Below are positions 1 through 10,238 of a stretch of DNA of 64,000 nt, one piece after another (positions within the stretch are counted from its first letter, which is position 1; every line of letters begins with the position of its first letter). The notes below the pieces were generated by a model, which was not told the origin of the DNA, ran no database searches, and was given only the letters and a program-made list of their open reading frames with translations. Both the position numbers and the translations under genes were made by a program. This stretch comes from a virus (Duplodnaviria > Caudoviricetes). The stretch spans positions 175,842 through 239,841 of the IMG/VR virus record IMGVR_UViG_3300028591_000076. One strand, written 5' to 3'.

Positions 1-371
1 AGATTTGCATTTTGATGTTCTCCACCGTCAGATTTCTTCACTAGAAGCTTTGATTCCATAACGCCAACGAGTGGTAATCTCTTAAATCTAGCAGCATCTC
101 TTTCTTGACGGTATGTCATATATTGACGTGCAACTTCAAAACAGTTATTCTTCATAAGGGCATTTTCTACTGCCTTATGAACATCTACAACATCTACATC
201 CGCATTTTCATCCGTATTTTTCTTTAGAAAAGACAAAGCTGTTGATACAACTTTTTCAATCTTTTCATCATCTAGCTTAACTTCAACTTTAGAATTAGCT
301 TTTTTTATAGCTCTAAATATTTTCTGTGGGTCAAAGTCTTGCTTTTTTCCATCTCTTTTAATGACTCTCAT
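1..371 (-). CDS. nrdD: ATP-cone N-terminus of a ribonucleotide reductase, probably anaerobic NrdD (truncated by window edge)
   Basis: Manual translation MRVIKRDGKKQDFDPQKIFRAIKKA...VENALMK...VARQYMTYRQER (ATP cone), followed by QNANL as in NrdD. Confidence 0.75.
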   Translation of the reverse strand, partial: MRVIKRDGKKQDFDPQKIFRAIKKANSKVEVKLDDEKIEKVVSTALSFLKKNTDENADVDVVDVHKAVENALMKNNCFEVARQYMTYRQERDAARFKRLPLVGVMESKLLVKKSDGGEHQNAN

Positions 372-436
372 ATTTCTTTATGAAAACCTCTTTTCTTAAT
401 TTTCTAGCATGATAGATATAGTTAGTTAGTGGTCTT

Positions 437-2506
437 CTAATAATTGCTATCAAGTGAAAACTTTCCGTGTTCTACGTAATATGTTCTTACGCCTTCAGCA
501 TTAGACCTTACAATATCTCTTACTCCGCTCTTATGTGAAATAAAAAATACCTGGTCAAATAATCCATTTGTAAATAAAGACTTAAATAATTTTTCAGCGT
601 TTCCATCTGAGCTATGACCATCTGGCTCATCAAAAAAAGCAAATGGTAAACTATAAAGTTTACATAATGATACCTTAAATGCTAAAGTTAACAGGTCTTT
701 TTCAAAACCTGATGCCATTTTAGCATTAGACATATCATCTTTATCAAAATTATTTTCTTTAGTATAGAAAAATTCTATACCTTTCTTATTTTGAAAAAGC
801 TTAACTTCCATGTCTGGAAATACAACATGAATAAAATTATTCATTTCATCTTGTAATATATCACATGTTTTAACTGTAAGATAATCTGGTAAATTCTTAC
901 TTAATAAAGTATAAGCTTCTTTATATACTTTTTCATTCTTCTCTGCTTCCTCAATTTCAGCTTGAGTTTTAGTAGAGTCTTCTGTTAACTGTGCAATCTC
1001 ATTTAATATAATTGTATTTGTTTTAATTATATTATCTCTAATAGAAATCTGCTTGTTAATCTCATTGAGCTGTGCTTGTCCATTTTGTAAATCCCTATTA
1101 AGACTCTCATATTCTTGAAGAGACTTTTCTAGATTTTTCTGCTCTAAAGTAATTTGGGCTTCTTCCTTAGATAACTTATCTAATTCCGCATTCTTCTCTG
1201 GTAAAGATGATACTAGAGACTCTAATGAACTTATTTGATTTTGTAATGACTCTCTATTTCTAGTATTATTACTAATAGTACTATTATTAGTGGCCAACTT
1301 ATTTGATAATTCTGATAACTTAGAATTTTTATTAGCCTTATCAGAAATTACACTATTTAAGTCATTTTGATTTTCTACACTTCTATTATTAATTGTCTCC
1401 AGCTGTTTAGTTACTTCTGCAAAAGACTTTTCATATTCAGTTCTATCAGCGTCTGTAAATACATGACCACATTCAGGGCATTTTCCAGAGTCAATTAAAC
1501 TTAGATGTTTTTTTATACTCTGTAAATTTGAAGATACTTCTGCTGTTTCTTTTATAAGATTACTCTTTATATCTTCTAGAGTAGACTGTTTTTCTGACAA
1601 CTCTAAAATTTCAGTATTTAATTTACTAATATCTTCAGTAATTGATAAAACTTCGCTAGATAACTGTTGATTATCAGTCTCACACTTTAAAAGTGACTCT
1701 TTCATAGATGAAAGATTAGCTGTTTGAGTATTTATAGAATTAATACTACTAGATAATGTATATTTTTGCTGTAAAATACTATTTAATGACTCATTTAATT
1801 TTTTCTGTTTTTCTGTTAAACCTGTATAATTAGAAAGTTGTTCTTGTACTACTTTTATTGCTGACTCTATTGTAGCAAGTTTATTAGAATAAATATCCTC
1901 TGGAACTTGTTGCTTTTGTCCTTCTTTAATAGATATTGCATTCTCGTTATAACTTATATGTTCTTTTCCTTTTTTAATAATATCTCTGGCATCATCTATT
2001 TTTGTTTTACAAAAAGCTACTTCATTCTCAAAAGAAAAATTTAATAATTTTTTAAGATAATTTGCTCTATCTGTTGGACCTTTGGAAGTAATATCGCCCG
2101 CTTTTTGCGCGGACATTAGTATATCACCAAAAAATGGCAAATCTAATTCAGCTAGAAGGGCGGTAACTTCTGAATTAATAAAAGGCTCTGGTCGCTTTGC
2201 TTTATATGTTACTTTTCTATCGAGAGTAGAAGACCCAGAACTTATAGTAATATCAAATATAATTGGATTACCTCTAACTTCAGCATCCAAATATACTTTT
2301 GCTTCTTTTGTGCCTCGTTTTATATAATCTTTATAAGAGTCCCCCCTCTTACTTTCTGTAAGGCACAAACTTATTGCGTCCAAAACAGTACTTTTGCCAT
2401 TACCATTATCTCCAAGCAAAATAATTACTCTTTGGTCCTTAAAGTCTAATTCTGCGTTATCAACGCACATAAAATTTTTTAATTTTAATTTATTAAGCTT
2501 TATCAT
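437..2506 (-). CDS. SbcC/Rad50/T4 gp46-like recombination ATPase
   Basis: Walker A GDNGNGKST, long coiled coil with CPEC zinc hook, ASGFE signature, FFDEPD Walker B, ISH. Confidence 0.93.
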   Translation of the reverse strand: MIKLNKLKLKNFMCVDNAELDFKDQRVIILLGDNGNGKSTVLDAISLCLTESKRGDSYKDYIKRGTKEAKVYLDAEVRGNPIIFDITISSGSSTLDRKVTYKAKRPEPFINSEVTALLAELDLPFFGDILMSAQKAGDITSKGPTDRANYLKKLLNFSFENEVAFCKTKIDDARDIIKKGKEHISYNENAISIKEGQKQQVPEDIYSNKLATIESAIKVVQEQLSNYTGLTEKQKKLNESLNSILQQKYTLSSSINSINTQTANLSSMKESLLKCETDNQQLSSEVLSITEDISKLNTEILELSEKQSTLEDIKSNLIKETAEVSSNLQSIKKHLSLIDSGKCPECGHVFTDADRTEYEKSFAEVTKQLETINNRSVENQNDLNSVISDKANKNSKLSELSNKLATNNSTISNNTRNRESLQNQISSLESLVSSLPEKNAELDKLSKEEAQITLEQKNLEKSLQEYESLNRDLQNGQAQLNEINKQISIRDNIIKTNTIILNEIAQLTEDSTKTQAEIEEAEKNEKVYKEAYTLLSKNLPDYLTVKTCDILQDEMNNFIHVVFPDMEVKLFQNKKGIEFFYTKENNFDKDDMSNAKMASGFEKDLLTLAFKVSLCKLYSLPFAFFDEPDGHSSDGNAEKLFKSLFTNGLFDQVFFISHKSGVRDIVRSNAEGVRTYYVEHGKFSLDSNY

Positions 2507-2739
2507 TTTCTCTTCGCTTTTACTAAGTCTTTTATATATGCTACAGTTACTCTTGTAGGCTTATCTTCATAATGAAGCATAGCAATATGTGGCGTTAATA
2601 GTTGATCCACCACTAACAATTGGTCAGGAGGTACTTTACAAGGACAAACTAAAAAAGGATTTTTAATACTATGAGCCCGATAGAAATTCATCGTTTCAAC
2701 TGAAGGAAACTCAATAAAACAAATATCATTTGGTTTCAA
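2503..2739 (-). CDS. hypothetical protein (TTG start)
   Basis: Fills operon gap; 4-nt overlap with the sbcC-like start. Confidence 0.55.
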   Translation of the reverse strand: MKPNDICFIEFPSVETMNFYRAHSIKNPFLVCPCKVPPDQLLVVDQLLTPHIAMLHYEDKPTRVTVAYIKDLVKAKRK

Positions 2740-2742
2740 GTA

Positions 2743-2952
2743 TTACCTTACCTTATTAGCAGAATGATAAGTCATCATCATTCCAGTCTTTAATAAATCA
2801 TCTTCCTCAATATAGCCAACATTTATCTGATTATATTGCCTAGACATTTGTTTGCCACAATTATCACAGATAACATCACCTATTTTTTCACCTGGTTTAA
2901 AATTAACAATTTTAGAGTATCCACATTCACAAATGTAATTCGCTTTAGCCAT
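2743..2952 (-). CDS. FmdB-like zinc-ribbon protein
   Basis: YICECG...CDNCGKQMSR. Confidence 0.7.
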   Translation of the reverse strand: MAKANYICECGYSKIVNFKPGEKIGDVICDNCGKQMSRQYNQINVGYIEEDDLLKTGMMMTYHSANKVR

Positions 2953-3496
2953 TTACTACTTCCTCTGCTTTATCCTTAAAAGACTTATATACCCTATCAA
3001 AATTATCATATATTGATACTAAATCATTATAATTAATTATATTTGCAAACTCAAATGTACCTTTTGAAATAGAATTATAAGGTAATTTATTTAATTCTTT
3101 AAGATGAATAGAAAAGCCAACTTTATATAAGTCACTAAAATTATCATCCCACCTGAATACAAACACCCTTTTATCAGCTCTTCCATAATCTACGCCAACT
3201 ATAACAAGACTTCTAATTTCATTAGCTTTAGAATACTTTGTAAGATAATCATTTTGCCAAGGCTGTAATCTCTTAAAAGAAAAGGCACCAGGATTTTTCA
3301 TAAATTTTGCTTCCCAACAAATAAAATTTAATTCATCCTTATTACCATTAAATTTATCCGCTGATAACATTCCTATACCATCAAAACATCTAATACTAGA
3401 ATGTGCGCCGGTTTGAAAGCCCGACTCGTCAGGAATTTTATAACCCTCTATCATAGAATGTTTAATAACAGTACATAATTCTGCTTCGTTCTTCAT
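2945..3496 (-). CDS. RecU-like Holliday junction resolvase (PD-(D/E)XK)
   Basis: FDG...WEAK...FSFKRLQPWQNDYL pattern. Confidence 0.7.
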   Translation of the reverse strand: MKNEAELCTVIKHSMIEGYKIPDESGFQTGAHSSIRCFDGIGMLSADKFNGNKDELNFICWEAKFMKNPGAFSFKRLQPWQNDYLTKYSKANEIRSLVIVGVDYGRADKRVFVFRWDDNFSDLYKVGFSIHLKELNKLPYNSISKGTFEFANIINYNDLVSIYDNFDRVYKSFKDKAEEVVNG

Positions 3497-3554
3497 AAAT
3501 AATAAAAGCTCCTAAATTTAATTTTAGGAGCCTCCTTTTTCTAAGTTTTATAAA

Positions 3555-3854
3555 TTATAAGTGAAACCCACCTATATTATTAGGCATCTTAAAATTAGAT
3601 GTCATATTATTCATCATATTTCTAGCTTGGCCCATCATATTATTACTCATAGAGTTCATATTACCCATAGGATTTTTAGTTAGGCCATTATTACCATTCA
3701 TTGCTTCTTGTTGCTGTTTCTTAGTATGCTCATTTTCTTGTTCAACAATTGAAATTAATGCATTATACATTGCTTTAACTGTTTCAAATGGCATCTTAAG
3801 CATTTCAGCAACACTATTATGGGTGTGTTTACTTAAACACAACATCAATTCCAT
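3555..3854 (-). CDS. T4 gp51-like baseplate hub assembly chaperone with N/M-rich tail
   Basis: LSKHTHNSVAEMLKMP...Y..L...EQENE; overlaps end of gp26-like gene; start uncertain (see frameshift finding). Confidence 0.55.
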   Translation of the reverse strand: MELMLCLSKHTHNSVAEMLKMPFETVKAMYNALISIVEQENEHTKKQQQEAMNGNNGLTKNPMGNMNSMSNNMMGQARNMMNNMTSNFKMPNNIGGFHL

Positions 3855-4920
3855 CAGGCTCTGTGGTTGATATAGCTTGAAGTAAATCAAATAGGCGAAA
3901 GGTAAATGGGTATACAATCTCCTTGTTGGTAATTGGACTCTTGACCTTAATCTCTTTCTGCAATCCAATTTTCAACCCATCTAATGCATTAGAGATTTTT
4001 GTATATACTCTTAAATCTAATTCTGGATCATCTGCTAATGTAAGTTTTTTCTCAATAGGAAGATCACTTACATCTTTACCACGATACTCTAACAAATGAG
4101 CTGCTCTTGTAGCACGCATAATATCTAAGTTTCTTCGCATTAGATAATCACTGTATGCCTTTTCTTCTGCTTTTGTTAAAACAGGAATCATATCATAAGT
4201 AATTGGTTCACCACGGTCCTTCTTTGCTTTTTGCTCACGAATATATTCAGTCTTCTTAATAATAGGCGCTAAAGTTTCTTCTTCTTGAGCATAAATAATA
4301 TTAATAAAGTCACTAATATCGCGAACATCGCCATATTTTGGTAAACCATATACACAAGTAAATCCAGTTCTATTATTCTTTACATGTGCTTTTGGAGCAA
4401 AGTCATCTGGTAATGAATATGTACCAATATTATTAAGGTCAATATCAATCTTAGGCTTCCAGTCGCCGCTATCAATACTAGCCTTAAGCTTCAAATATGC
4501 ATCTGACTGAGGACCACCATTTGTATCCTGTAAATATTTCCAGTCTGACTCTTGCAACTTATAAATTACGTCTTTCAATTTATCTGTATAGAAGGTCTTA
4601 TACAGAATAAATAATGTTTCTATTACTTCATCTTCATGAAACTTACCAACGTCTATGTCATCTTCATAAATAAGAGTATTAAGCATTTCAATTACTTTAA
4701 TTGGCAAAGTATCATCATCTGTTAATGCCATACCTAACAAGTCTTCTGCTGTAAAGTTTCTAATATGAAATTTAGCAGGTGCATATAATTTACCTTTTGT
4801 AGAGAGTTCAACTGTTATATATCCATCGGGAACGGATGCTTCGCTATCCCTAATGTCTCTTGCATCTGCAAATCTTTCGTCTTCTTTAAGATCTGTTAAA
4901 TCATTTGGAATATTATTCAT
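3829..4920 (-). CDS. T4 gp26-like baseplate hub protein
   Basis: VELSTKGKLY...IRNFTAED N-terminus and LPKYGD, typical of large-myophage hub subunits; RBS AGGAGA. Confidence 0.6.
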   Translation of the reverse strand: MNNIPNDLTDLKEDERFADARDIRDSEASVPDGYITVELSTKGKLYAPAKFHIRNFTAEDLLGMALTDDDTLPIKVIEMLNTLIYEDDIDVGKFHEDEVIETLFILYKTFYTDKLKDVIYKLQESDWKYLQDTNGGPQSDAYLKLKASIDSGDWKPKIDIDLNNIGTYSLPDDFAPKAHVKNNRTGFTCVYGLPKYGDVRDISDFINIIYAQEEETLAPIIKKTEYIREQKAKKDRGEPITYDMIPVLTKAEEKAYSDYLMRRNLDIMRATRAAHLLEYRGKDVSDLPIEKKLTLADDPELDLRVYTKISNALDGLKIGLQKEIKVKSPITNKEIVYPFTFRLFDLLQAISTTEPDGIDVVFK

Positions 4921-4971
4921 TATATCTCCTAGAATCTATAGTTTATATATTAGATTTTCTATATAAAAAAT

Positions 4972-4998
4972 AAAGCTGCTAACATAATTAGCAGCTTT
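4972..4998. terminator. intrinsic terminator hairpin
   Basis: AAAGCTGCTAA/TTAGCAGCTTT inverted repeat with A/T tails. Confidence 0.75.
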
Positions 4999-5034
4999 CA
5001 AGTATTCTCAAAATATGATATTTTTATATTTATA

Positions 5035-6855
5035 TTATTTTGTTATAGCATTATAAACTAAATCTCTTTGATTATTATCTAAGCCTAAGTCAAAAAGAAC
5101 AGAGAATGTTTTCCAAGTACGCTTATGGGTATTTATTCCACCCTTTAAGTTCTCATTCAATACTTTTTCAACATTACTTTCTGACCAGTCATTTGACTCT
5201 TTAAGCTTTGAAATTGCTGTATTAAAAGACTGGAATAATTTATTACCGTCCTTTGTTAAAGACATTTCGTTAAGAAGGTCTCTATTACCATCAATTACTT
5301 TAGCTTGTAATTTACCATTTTCGTCTGTATAATTTTGTACTTTACCCGTAATTTGTTTTCCAGCTGCAGTACCTTTTCTCTTTGTTTCAGAATCTGGTAA
5401 TTGAGAGCCCATTCCCTTTAGCTTACCTAATACAACGTCTGCGCCAAGAACATTACATGCATTTATAATTTCTGGTACCTGAATATTGTACTCTTCCAAA
5501 ATATATTTAATTGAGAGTTCTTTATTACCATTGGTTAAAGTACCAGCAACTTCTCCGTCCCATTTCTGTTTTGGATTAGGGATATCATTATAAAAATCTT
5601 CATATAAGTCTTTAGAAGATGAGCTTCCTAAGCCACTTAAAGCATTAATAATAATATATTTAAGTATCTTTGCTTTTCTATTTGGCTTTTCTTTTCCATC
5701 TGCTGTTTTCTTTACATAGGCCCATCTATTTGGTTTACCTTGGCTTGTATAATGCACATCTTTACAGCACTCTTCCCATTTTTCCATAAATGCATTAGTT
5801 GCAGCATCTGCTTCAATATCATTAGTAAGAAGACCATTAGACTTCATATACTTATATTCCATAGAATCTTCGGCTGACATTTCTTCATCTTTTCCATTTT
5901 TCTCAGTTTGGAAAGAAGTAGAGTCTACGGTATTAATAACGTTTCTAGTTATATCCTTACCATCTGCACCTTTAAATGTTACACTTTTCTGTGTACCAAG
6001 GCCAGAAATACCTTCTTGCGTTTCATCTGCTAATAAATCTCTATTAGTATTTAATAATTCAGCATAAAATCTACCCTGGATTGCATTAAAGTAATCATAA
6101 TTAGGGATTTTAGAACTGCCTTTATTCTTATTAGCATCTATAGCTTTAGTAATTGCATCGAAGTTAAATGAAGCTTGTCTAATAGTATAAAATTCTTCTG
6201 GCTTATGTTCTACACCATCATAAATTATACTCTTACCATCTTTTAGGTCTTTTAAAAAGTTCTGATACTCAGACTTTTTCATTTTACCACTTTTTAATTT
6301 ATCATCTGCAAAATCAGCGAACTTCTTAGCTGAAAAAGTGCCTTTGTAGCCAGATTTAAGATAAGAGCCGTCTTGCATCATGAACAAAAACTTCATATAA
6401 GCTTCACTAATATATGCCTCATATGAGTCATTATGACTATCACCATATGTTCTAGTTGTATTATTATATGCTCTACTAGCTTCATTTTTATTATGAAAGG
6501 CCGCACTTACTGTACTCATGCATTTTAAAAAGCAGTAGTCCAATGATTTCTTTCTTTCAGAAGTTTTAGCCTTCTTAAAGATCTTATAATACTTATCTAC
6601 AGTACTTCTATCGGCATTTTTTCCCTTTAAAACTATAGTTGTATTTCTTTTTGCTAAATAATCAATTTGTGAATCTGTAAGCAATGCTGCTTTAACAGCA
6701 TCCGCTGAAAATTGAAGTGGCGTTTCACTACGCTTAGCTCTTTCATATGCTAAATTCATAGCTGCGGTATATTCTGTACTACTAACAAAATATTTTTTTG
6801 CTATTCTTTCATTTATACCCTTAGTTACAACTGATTCTATTTCTTCATTTGTCAT
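5035..6855 (-). CDS. hypothetical protein, 606 aa
   Basis: Long ORF, AAGGA RBS, CTAATT motif upstream. Confidence 0.8.
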   Translation of the reverse strand: MTNEEIESVVTKGINERIAKKYFVSSTEYTAAMNLAYERAKRSETPLQFSADAVKAALLTDSQIDYLAKRNTTIVLKGKNADRSTVDKYYKIFKKAKTSERKKSLDYCFLKCMSTVSAAFHNKNEASRAYNNTTRTYGDSHNDSYEAYISEAYMKFLFMMQDGSYLKSGYKGTFSAKKFADFADDKLKSGKMKKSEYQNFLKDLKDGKSIIYDGVEHKPEEFYTIRQASFNFDAITKAIDANKNKGSSKIPNYDYFNAIQGRFYAELLNTNRDLLADETQEGISGLGTQKSVTFKGADGKDITRNVINTVDSTSFQTEKNGKDEEMSAEDSMEYKYMKSNGLLTNDIEADAATNAFMEKWEECCKDVHYTSQGKPNRWAYVKKTADGKEKPNRKAKILKYIIINALSGLGSSSSKDLYEDFYNDIPNPKQKWDGEVAGTLTNGNKELSIKYILEEYNIQVPEIINACNVLGADVVLGKLKGMGSQLPDSETKRKGTAAGKQITGKVQNYTDENGKLQAKVIDGNRDLLNEMSLTKDGNKLFQSFNTAISKLKESNDWSESNVEKVLNENLKGGINTHKRTWKTFSVLFDLGLDNNQRDLVYNAITK

Positions 6856-6880
6856 ATTTATATATCCTTGATAATTAGAC

Positions 6881-7165
6881 TTAAATAATTAGTGTATTCA
6901 AAAACTTTAATATGTCTTTTCTAGTTCTATTAGATGTAAAAAATGCACACTTTTTTGAGTCATCTAAAATAGCAGTAGTATATCTACCAATATTAAAGTA
7001 AGAATTATTACCTAATAAAGCAACTTTTAATAATTGCGTTAACCAAGATTCTATTGTTGTAGTATTAAAAACATGCATCTGTTCTTTATCTTTAATAAAA
7101 TTTACCATTAAAGGTATAATCTCATTTTCGATTAAGAATATATCATTATCTTCATTTCGCAACAT
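6881..7165 (-). CDS. hypothetical protein
   Basis: ORF in co-directional run; ATG one codon inside the TTG call. Confidence 0.6.
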   Translation of the reverse strand: MLRNEDNDIFLIENEIIPLMVNFIKDKEQMHVFNTTTIESWLTQLLKVALLGNNSYFNIGRYTTAILDDSKKCAFFTSNRTRKDILKFLNTLII

Positions 7166-7185
7166 CAATTAAAGACCCCTTATAT

Positions 7186-7593
7186 CTATAACTTCATAAC
7201 ATTATAAATGCTATGTATTGTACTATATTTAATTCTATTTTTATATTGTGTTTTACTTAAAAAAAGAATAAGAGACCTTTCATCTATTGGCCCTTCATAA
7301 TTTAATAAAGCTTCTCTGATATTATTATCAGTTGCATAAGTAATTATACAATCCTGTGCAGCTCGCATATACCATCGATATTCTGGGTTCCGTATAACCT
7401 TATTTAATATTTGTAATTCCGATAAGTAATCTTCTGCAATTAAAGATATCTTTACATCTTCTGATAACTCTTGCATATTAGAAGATTTAAAACGAGAAAT
7501 TATTTCTGCATAGCCTTTTGCTCGCTGTCTATCAGCGAGCAAATTGGAATGAGAACAATTTATATATTCTTTTTGTAATTGACTTAATGTCAT
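7186..7593 (-). CDS. hypothetical protein
   Basis: ORF in co-directional run. Confidence 0.65.
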   Translation of the reverse strand: MTLSQLQKEYINCSHSNLLADRQRAKGYAEIISRFKSSNMQELSEDVKISLIAEDYLSELQILNKVIRNPEYRWYMRAAQDCIITYATDNNIREALLNYEGPIDERSLILFLSKTQYKNRIKYSTIHSIYNVMKL

Positions 7594-7597
7594 TCTT

Positions 7598-8179
7598 TTA
7601 TACGCCTAATACTGCTTTTGATAGAGCAGAAGAAGCACCAGCATCTCTCCAGCTAGGAACAGCAATTACTGCCATTTCTTGTGGTCCCATGTTTTGAATT
7701 GCCTTTGTTACTTCTAATTTTGGCGGATAAGGATTTCTAGGTGTTGGGGTATTAGAGTCTTCAACAGACTTAGTATAAGCCATTCTCTGGCCATTATCAT
7801 AAGTAACTGCCTCTTCCCAATACTTAATTCTATCTTCTGTTTCTCTATCTTTATCTTCAATATTTTTTATTGCATTTAAATATTGTTGGCCATTTATTGC
7901 TACATACATAACAAAGTCATTAAAATCAACTGCATCTTTATCAATTGATTTCCATTCTGTATCTGGCACATATGACCTAATAGAGTTTACATTACCCACT
8001 TTTTCATTATTCATAATTGCTAATTTTGAGAAATCCTCATGGTCTCTCATAGCTTTATAAAAGAGGGTATCTGACTCTGTTCTTATGTCATCCATGCTTT
8101 CGCCTGCAGCATGAATATGTATATGCTTTAAGTCGTTTGCGAAAAGTGCCGCATAATATGCTAATTTAGAATATTCCAT
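7598..8179 (-). CDS. degenerate Dps/ferritin-like protein
   Basis: NDLKHIHIHAAGESMDDIR...LF...D spacing resembles Dps helices A-B; some ferroxidase residues altered. Confidence 0.45.
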   Translation of the reverse strand: MEYSKLAYYAALFANDLKHIHIHAAGESMDDIRTESDTLFYKAMRDHEDFSKLAIMNNEKVGNVNSIRSYVPDTEWKSIDKDAVDFNDFVMYVAINGQQYLNAIKNIEDKDRETEDRIKYWEEAVTYDNGQRMAYTKSVEDSNTPTPRNPYPPKLEVTKAIQNMGPQEMAVIAVPSWRDAGASSALSKAVLGV

Positions 8180-8296
8180 AAAGAAATTAGTAGAAATAAT
8201 TACAAATTATATAATTATAAATTTTATACTAAATTTTGTTAATCTTTTATATATTTTCTAAAAAAGTTACATATTATAAATATAAAGGAGACTATT

Positions 8297-8659
8297 ATGA
8301 CTAAGACTATAAAGTTTAATAATGAAGCACTTTTTAATCTACAAACTCTTAATGGCTTAATTATGTCTACATGGGGTATGCATTATGATGAATCAGAAGA
8401 AAAAATTGAAGAGGCTTTTCAACGTGGTCTTATTGATTTTAATCATGTTAAAAATAGATATGATAAAGTTTTTAATATGAAAAATGGACCTTTTGATTAT
8501 GATATAAATTATGAAAAGAACCTTTTAAGTAAATTAAATAAAGAATTCAAAAAAGTGAGATCTTATAAATTACCTTGGTTTATGAAAACTTATGTAGATT
8601 TTATTGATGAAAAATTTAAAGAACTTATGACCATATATAAAAATGGAGGCTGGAAATAA
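8297..8659 (+). CDS. hypothetical protein
   Basis: AAGGAG RBS, TACATATT motif upstream, terminator downstream. Confidence 0.8.
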   Translation: MTKTIKFNNEALFNLQTLNGLIMSTWGMHYDESEEKIEEAFQRGLIDFNHVKNRYDKVFNMKNGPFDYDINYEKNLLSKLNKEFKKVRSYKLPWFMKTYVDFIDEKFKELMTIYKNGGWK

Positions 8660-8660
8660 A

Positions 8661-8682
8661 AATGGCCTAATTTTAGGCCATT
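8661..8682. terminator. bidirectional terminator
   Basis: AATGGCCTAA/TTAGGCCATT between convergent genes. Confidence 0.7.
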
Positions 8683-8688
8683 CATAAT

Positions 8689-9399
8689 TTATGCTACTAA
8701 CTCAAAGGCTTTATTTATTGTATTCATATCAGCAAATTTAAGATTTTTTAAGTACCAATTCAAACATAAATCTTCTTCTTTTATTTCTTCATGGTCGCCA
8801 ATAGAATGATATAATTTTATTCCCCTAAGACTTAAATCTTTAATACGTCTTTTCATATAATCGAAAATATCACGTACTACCGTATGCAATTTAATAAGAA
8901 GTTTCTGAGCTATTGCTTTTTCTTCATTTTTAAAATTCACGCGACTCTTTATAAGCTGTAAAGTCCTATTATAAATGTCAGCAATAGCAAATAATTTATT
9001 CTCTACATCATCAATTTTAGAATCTTTTATATTTAATTCAACTCGCTTATTAATTAAATCATCAAAGGAATCTGTCGCTTTTCTTATAAGCTCATCAATA
9101 TCATTACCTAAATTATCAGCATATGTTCCTTCTGATAATTTAGAAATACCCTTATATAATGATTCTAAAATTTTATAAACATCATTTAATCTATATTCTT
9201 TTGAGTCCCTCATAGAAGAAAGTAATCTTATACATGAACTCATAGCAGCTTTCATTTCTGGGTTATACTCCGCAGAAGGATGAAATAATTCTTTCTTAAA
9301 GAATTCTACAATTTGTCGGCTATTCATATCATATGAATACTCTTGTAATCTAGAACTCAAACTTGCTTTATATATATTTTCAAAAAGATTCTTATTCAT
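8689..9399 (-). CDS. hypothetical protein with N-terminal FExIY/LxE leader (putative internal head protein)
   Basis: MNKNLFENIYKASLSSRLQE; CTAATT 5 nt before ATG. Confidence 0.7.
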   Translation of the reverse strand: MNKNLFENIYKASLSSRLQEYSYDMNSRQIVEFFKKELFHPSAEYNPEMKAAMSSCIRLLSSMRDSKEYRLNDVYKILESLYKGISKLSEGTYADNLGNDIDELIRKATDSFDDLINKRVELNIKDSKIDDVENKLFAIADIYNRTLQLIKSRVNFKNEEKAIAQKLLIKLHTVVRDIFDYMKRRIKDLSLRGIKLYHSIGDHEEIKEEDLCLNWYLKNLKFADMNTINKAFELVA

Positions 9400-9415
9400 A
9401 AAATAATTAGTATAC

Positions 9416-9775
9416 TTATACCAATTTTTTATTAAATTCTTTTTCTAAAGAATGTAAACAATGCTTTTCACATAGAGTGCCATTCATAGCAGATAATAAT
9501 GAATATTTTGGTAATTTATTCTCTTTTAGCAAAGACCTTACAAATAAATATGTTTTCTTTCGTTGCTTATAAGAGCTAATCATTGAATATTCAATATAAA
9601 TAAGGAAAGTCATGCCCGGTATAATTTGTGCAATATAATACCATTTAGATATATCTAACTTAAAATAAAAATAAGCTAATCCCATTATTATATAGTCTAC
9701 TATACAAAATACAAAGCCAAATCTTATCCAAAACGTACAAACTAAAAAAGTATAAAAATTAGAATCTTTATTCAT
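9416..9775 (-). CDS. membrane protein
   Basis: Two hydrophobic segments. Confidence 0.65.
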   Translation of the reverse strand: MNKDSNFYTFLVCTFWIRFGFVFCIVDYIIMGLAYFYFKLDISKWYYIAQIIPGMTFLIYIEYSMISSYKQRKKTYLFVRSLLKENKLPKYSLLSAMNGTLCEKHCLHSLEKEFNKKLV

Positions 9776-9781
9776 ATAAGG

Positions 9782-10222
9782 CTAACTTTTAAGACCCATA
9801 TCTCTAATAATATCTTTAATATTACCCCAATTATAAACTTTAGACTCTTCTATTCTTTTAGAAAGTTCCTCAATTGCCCATTTAGCTCCGTCCTCAAACT
9901 CCTTGGGATGCACACTTTTATTTTTTTGTAATTCTAATGCGCTAAAGTCTTCTTTAGCTTTCTTATCGAGAAGCTCTTGAATAACATCGCCATCACAATA
10001 CTGGTCAATTAGGCTTTTTAAGGTTATGTTTACTTCTAAAACATCAATATTACCATATGATGATGTATACCAATGTTTTTCATCTGTTGTATCCCAATCA
10101 TAGTCAGAAAAACAACACTGAAGCATATTTGCGCCTATATGAGCTGCATCATTTATACTTTTTGCACATATATATTTAATTGTACCATCAGCGTTTACTT
10201 TAAAAAATTTAAAAAGTTTCAT
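9782..10222 (-). CDS. hypothetical protein
   Basis: ORF; FEDGAKWA motif common in phage small proteins. Confidence 0.7.
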   Translation of the reverse strand: MKLFKFFKVNADGTIKYICAKSINDAAHIGANMLQCCFSDYDWDTTDEKHWYTSSYGNIDVLEVNITLKSLIDQYCDGDVIQELLDKKAKEDFSALELQKNKSVHPKEFEDGAKWAIEELSKRIEESKVYNWGNIKDIIRDMGLKS

Positions 10223-10238
10223 ATTTACATAGTAGCAC

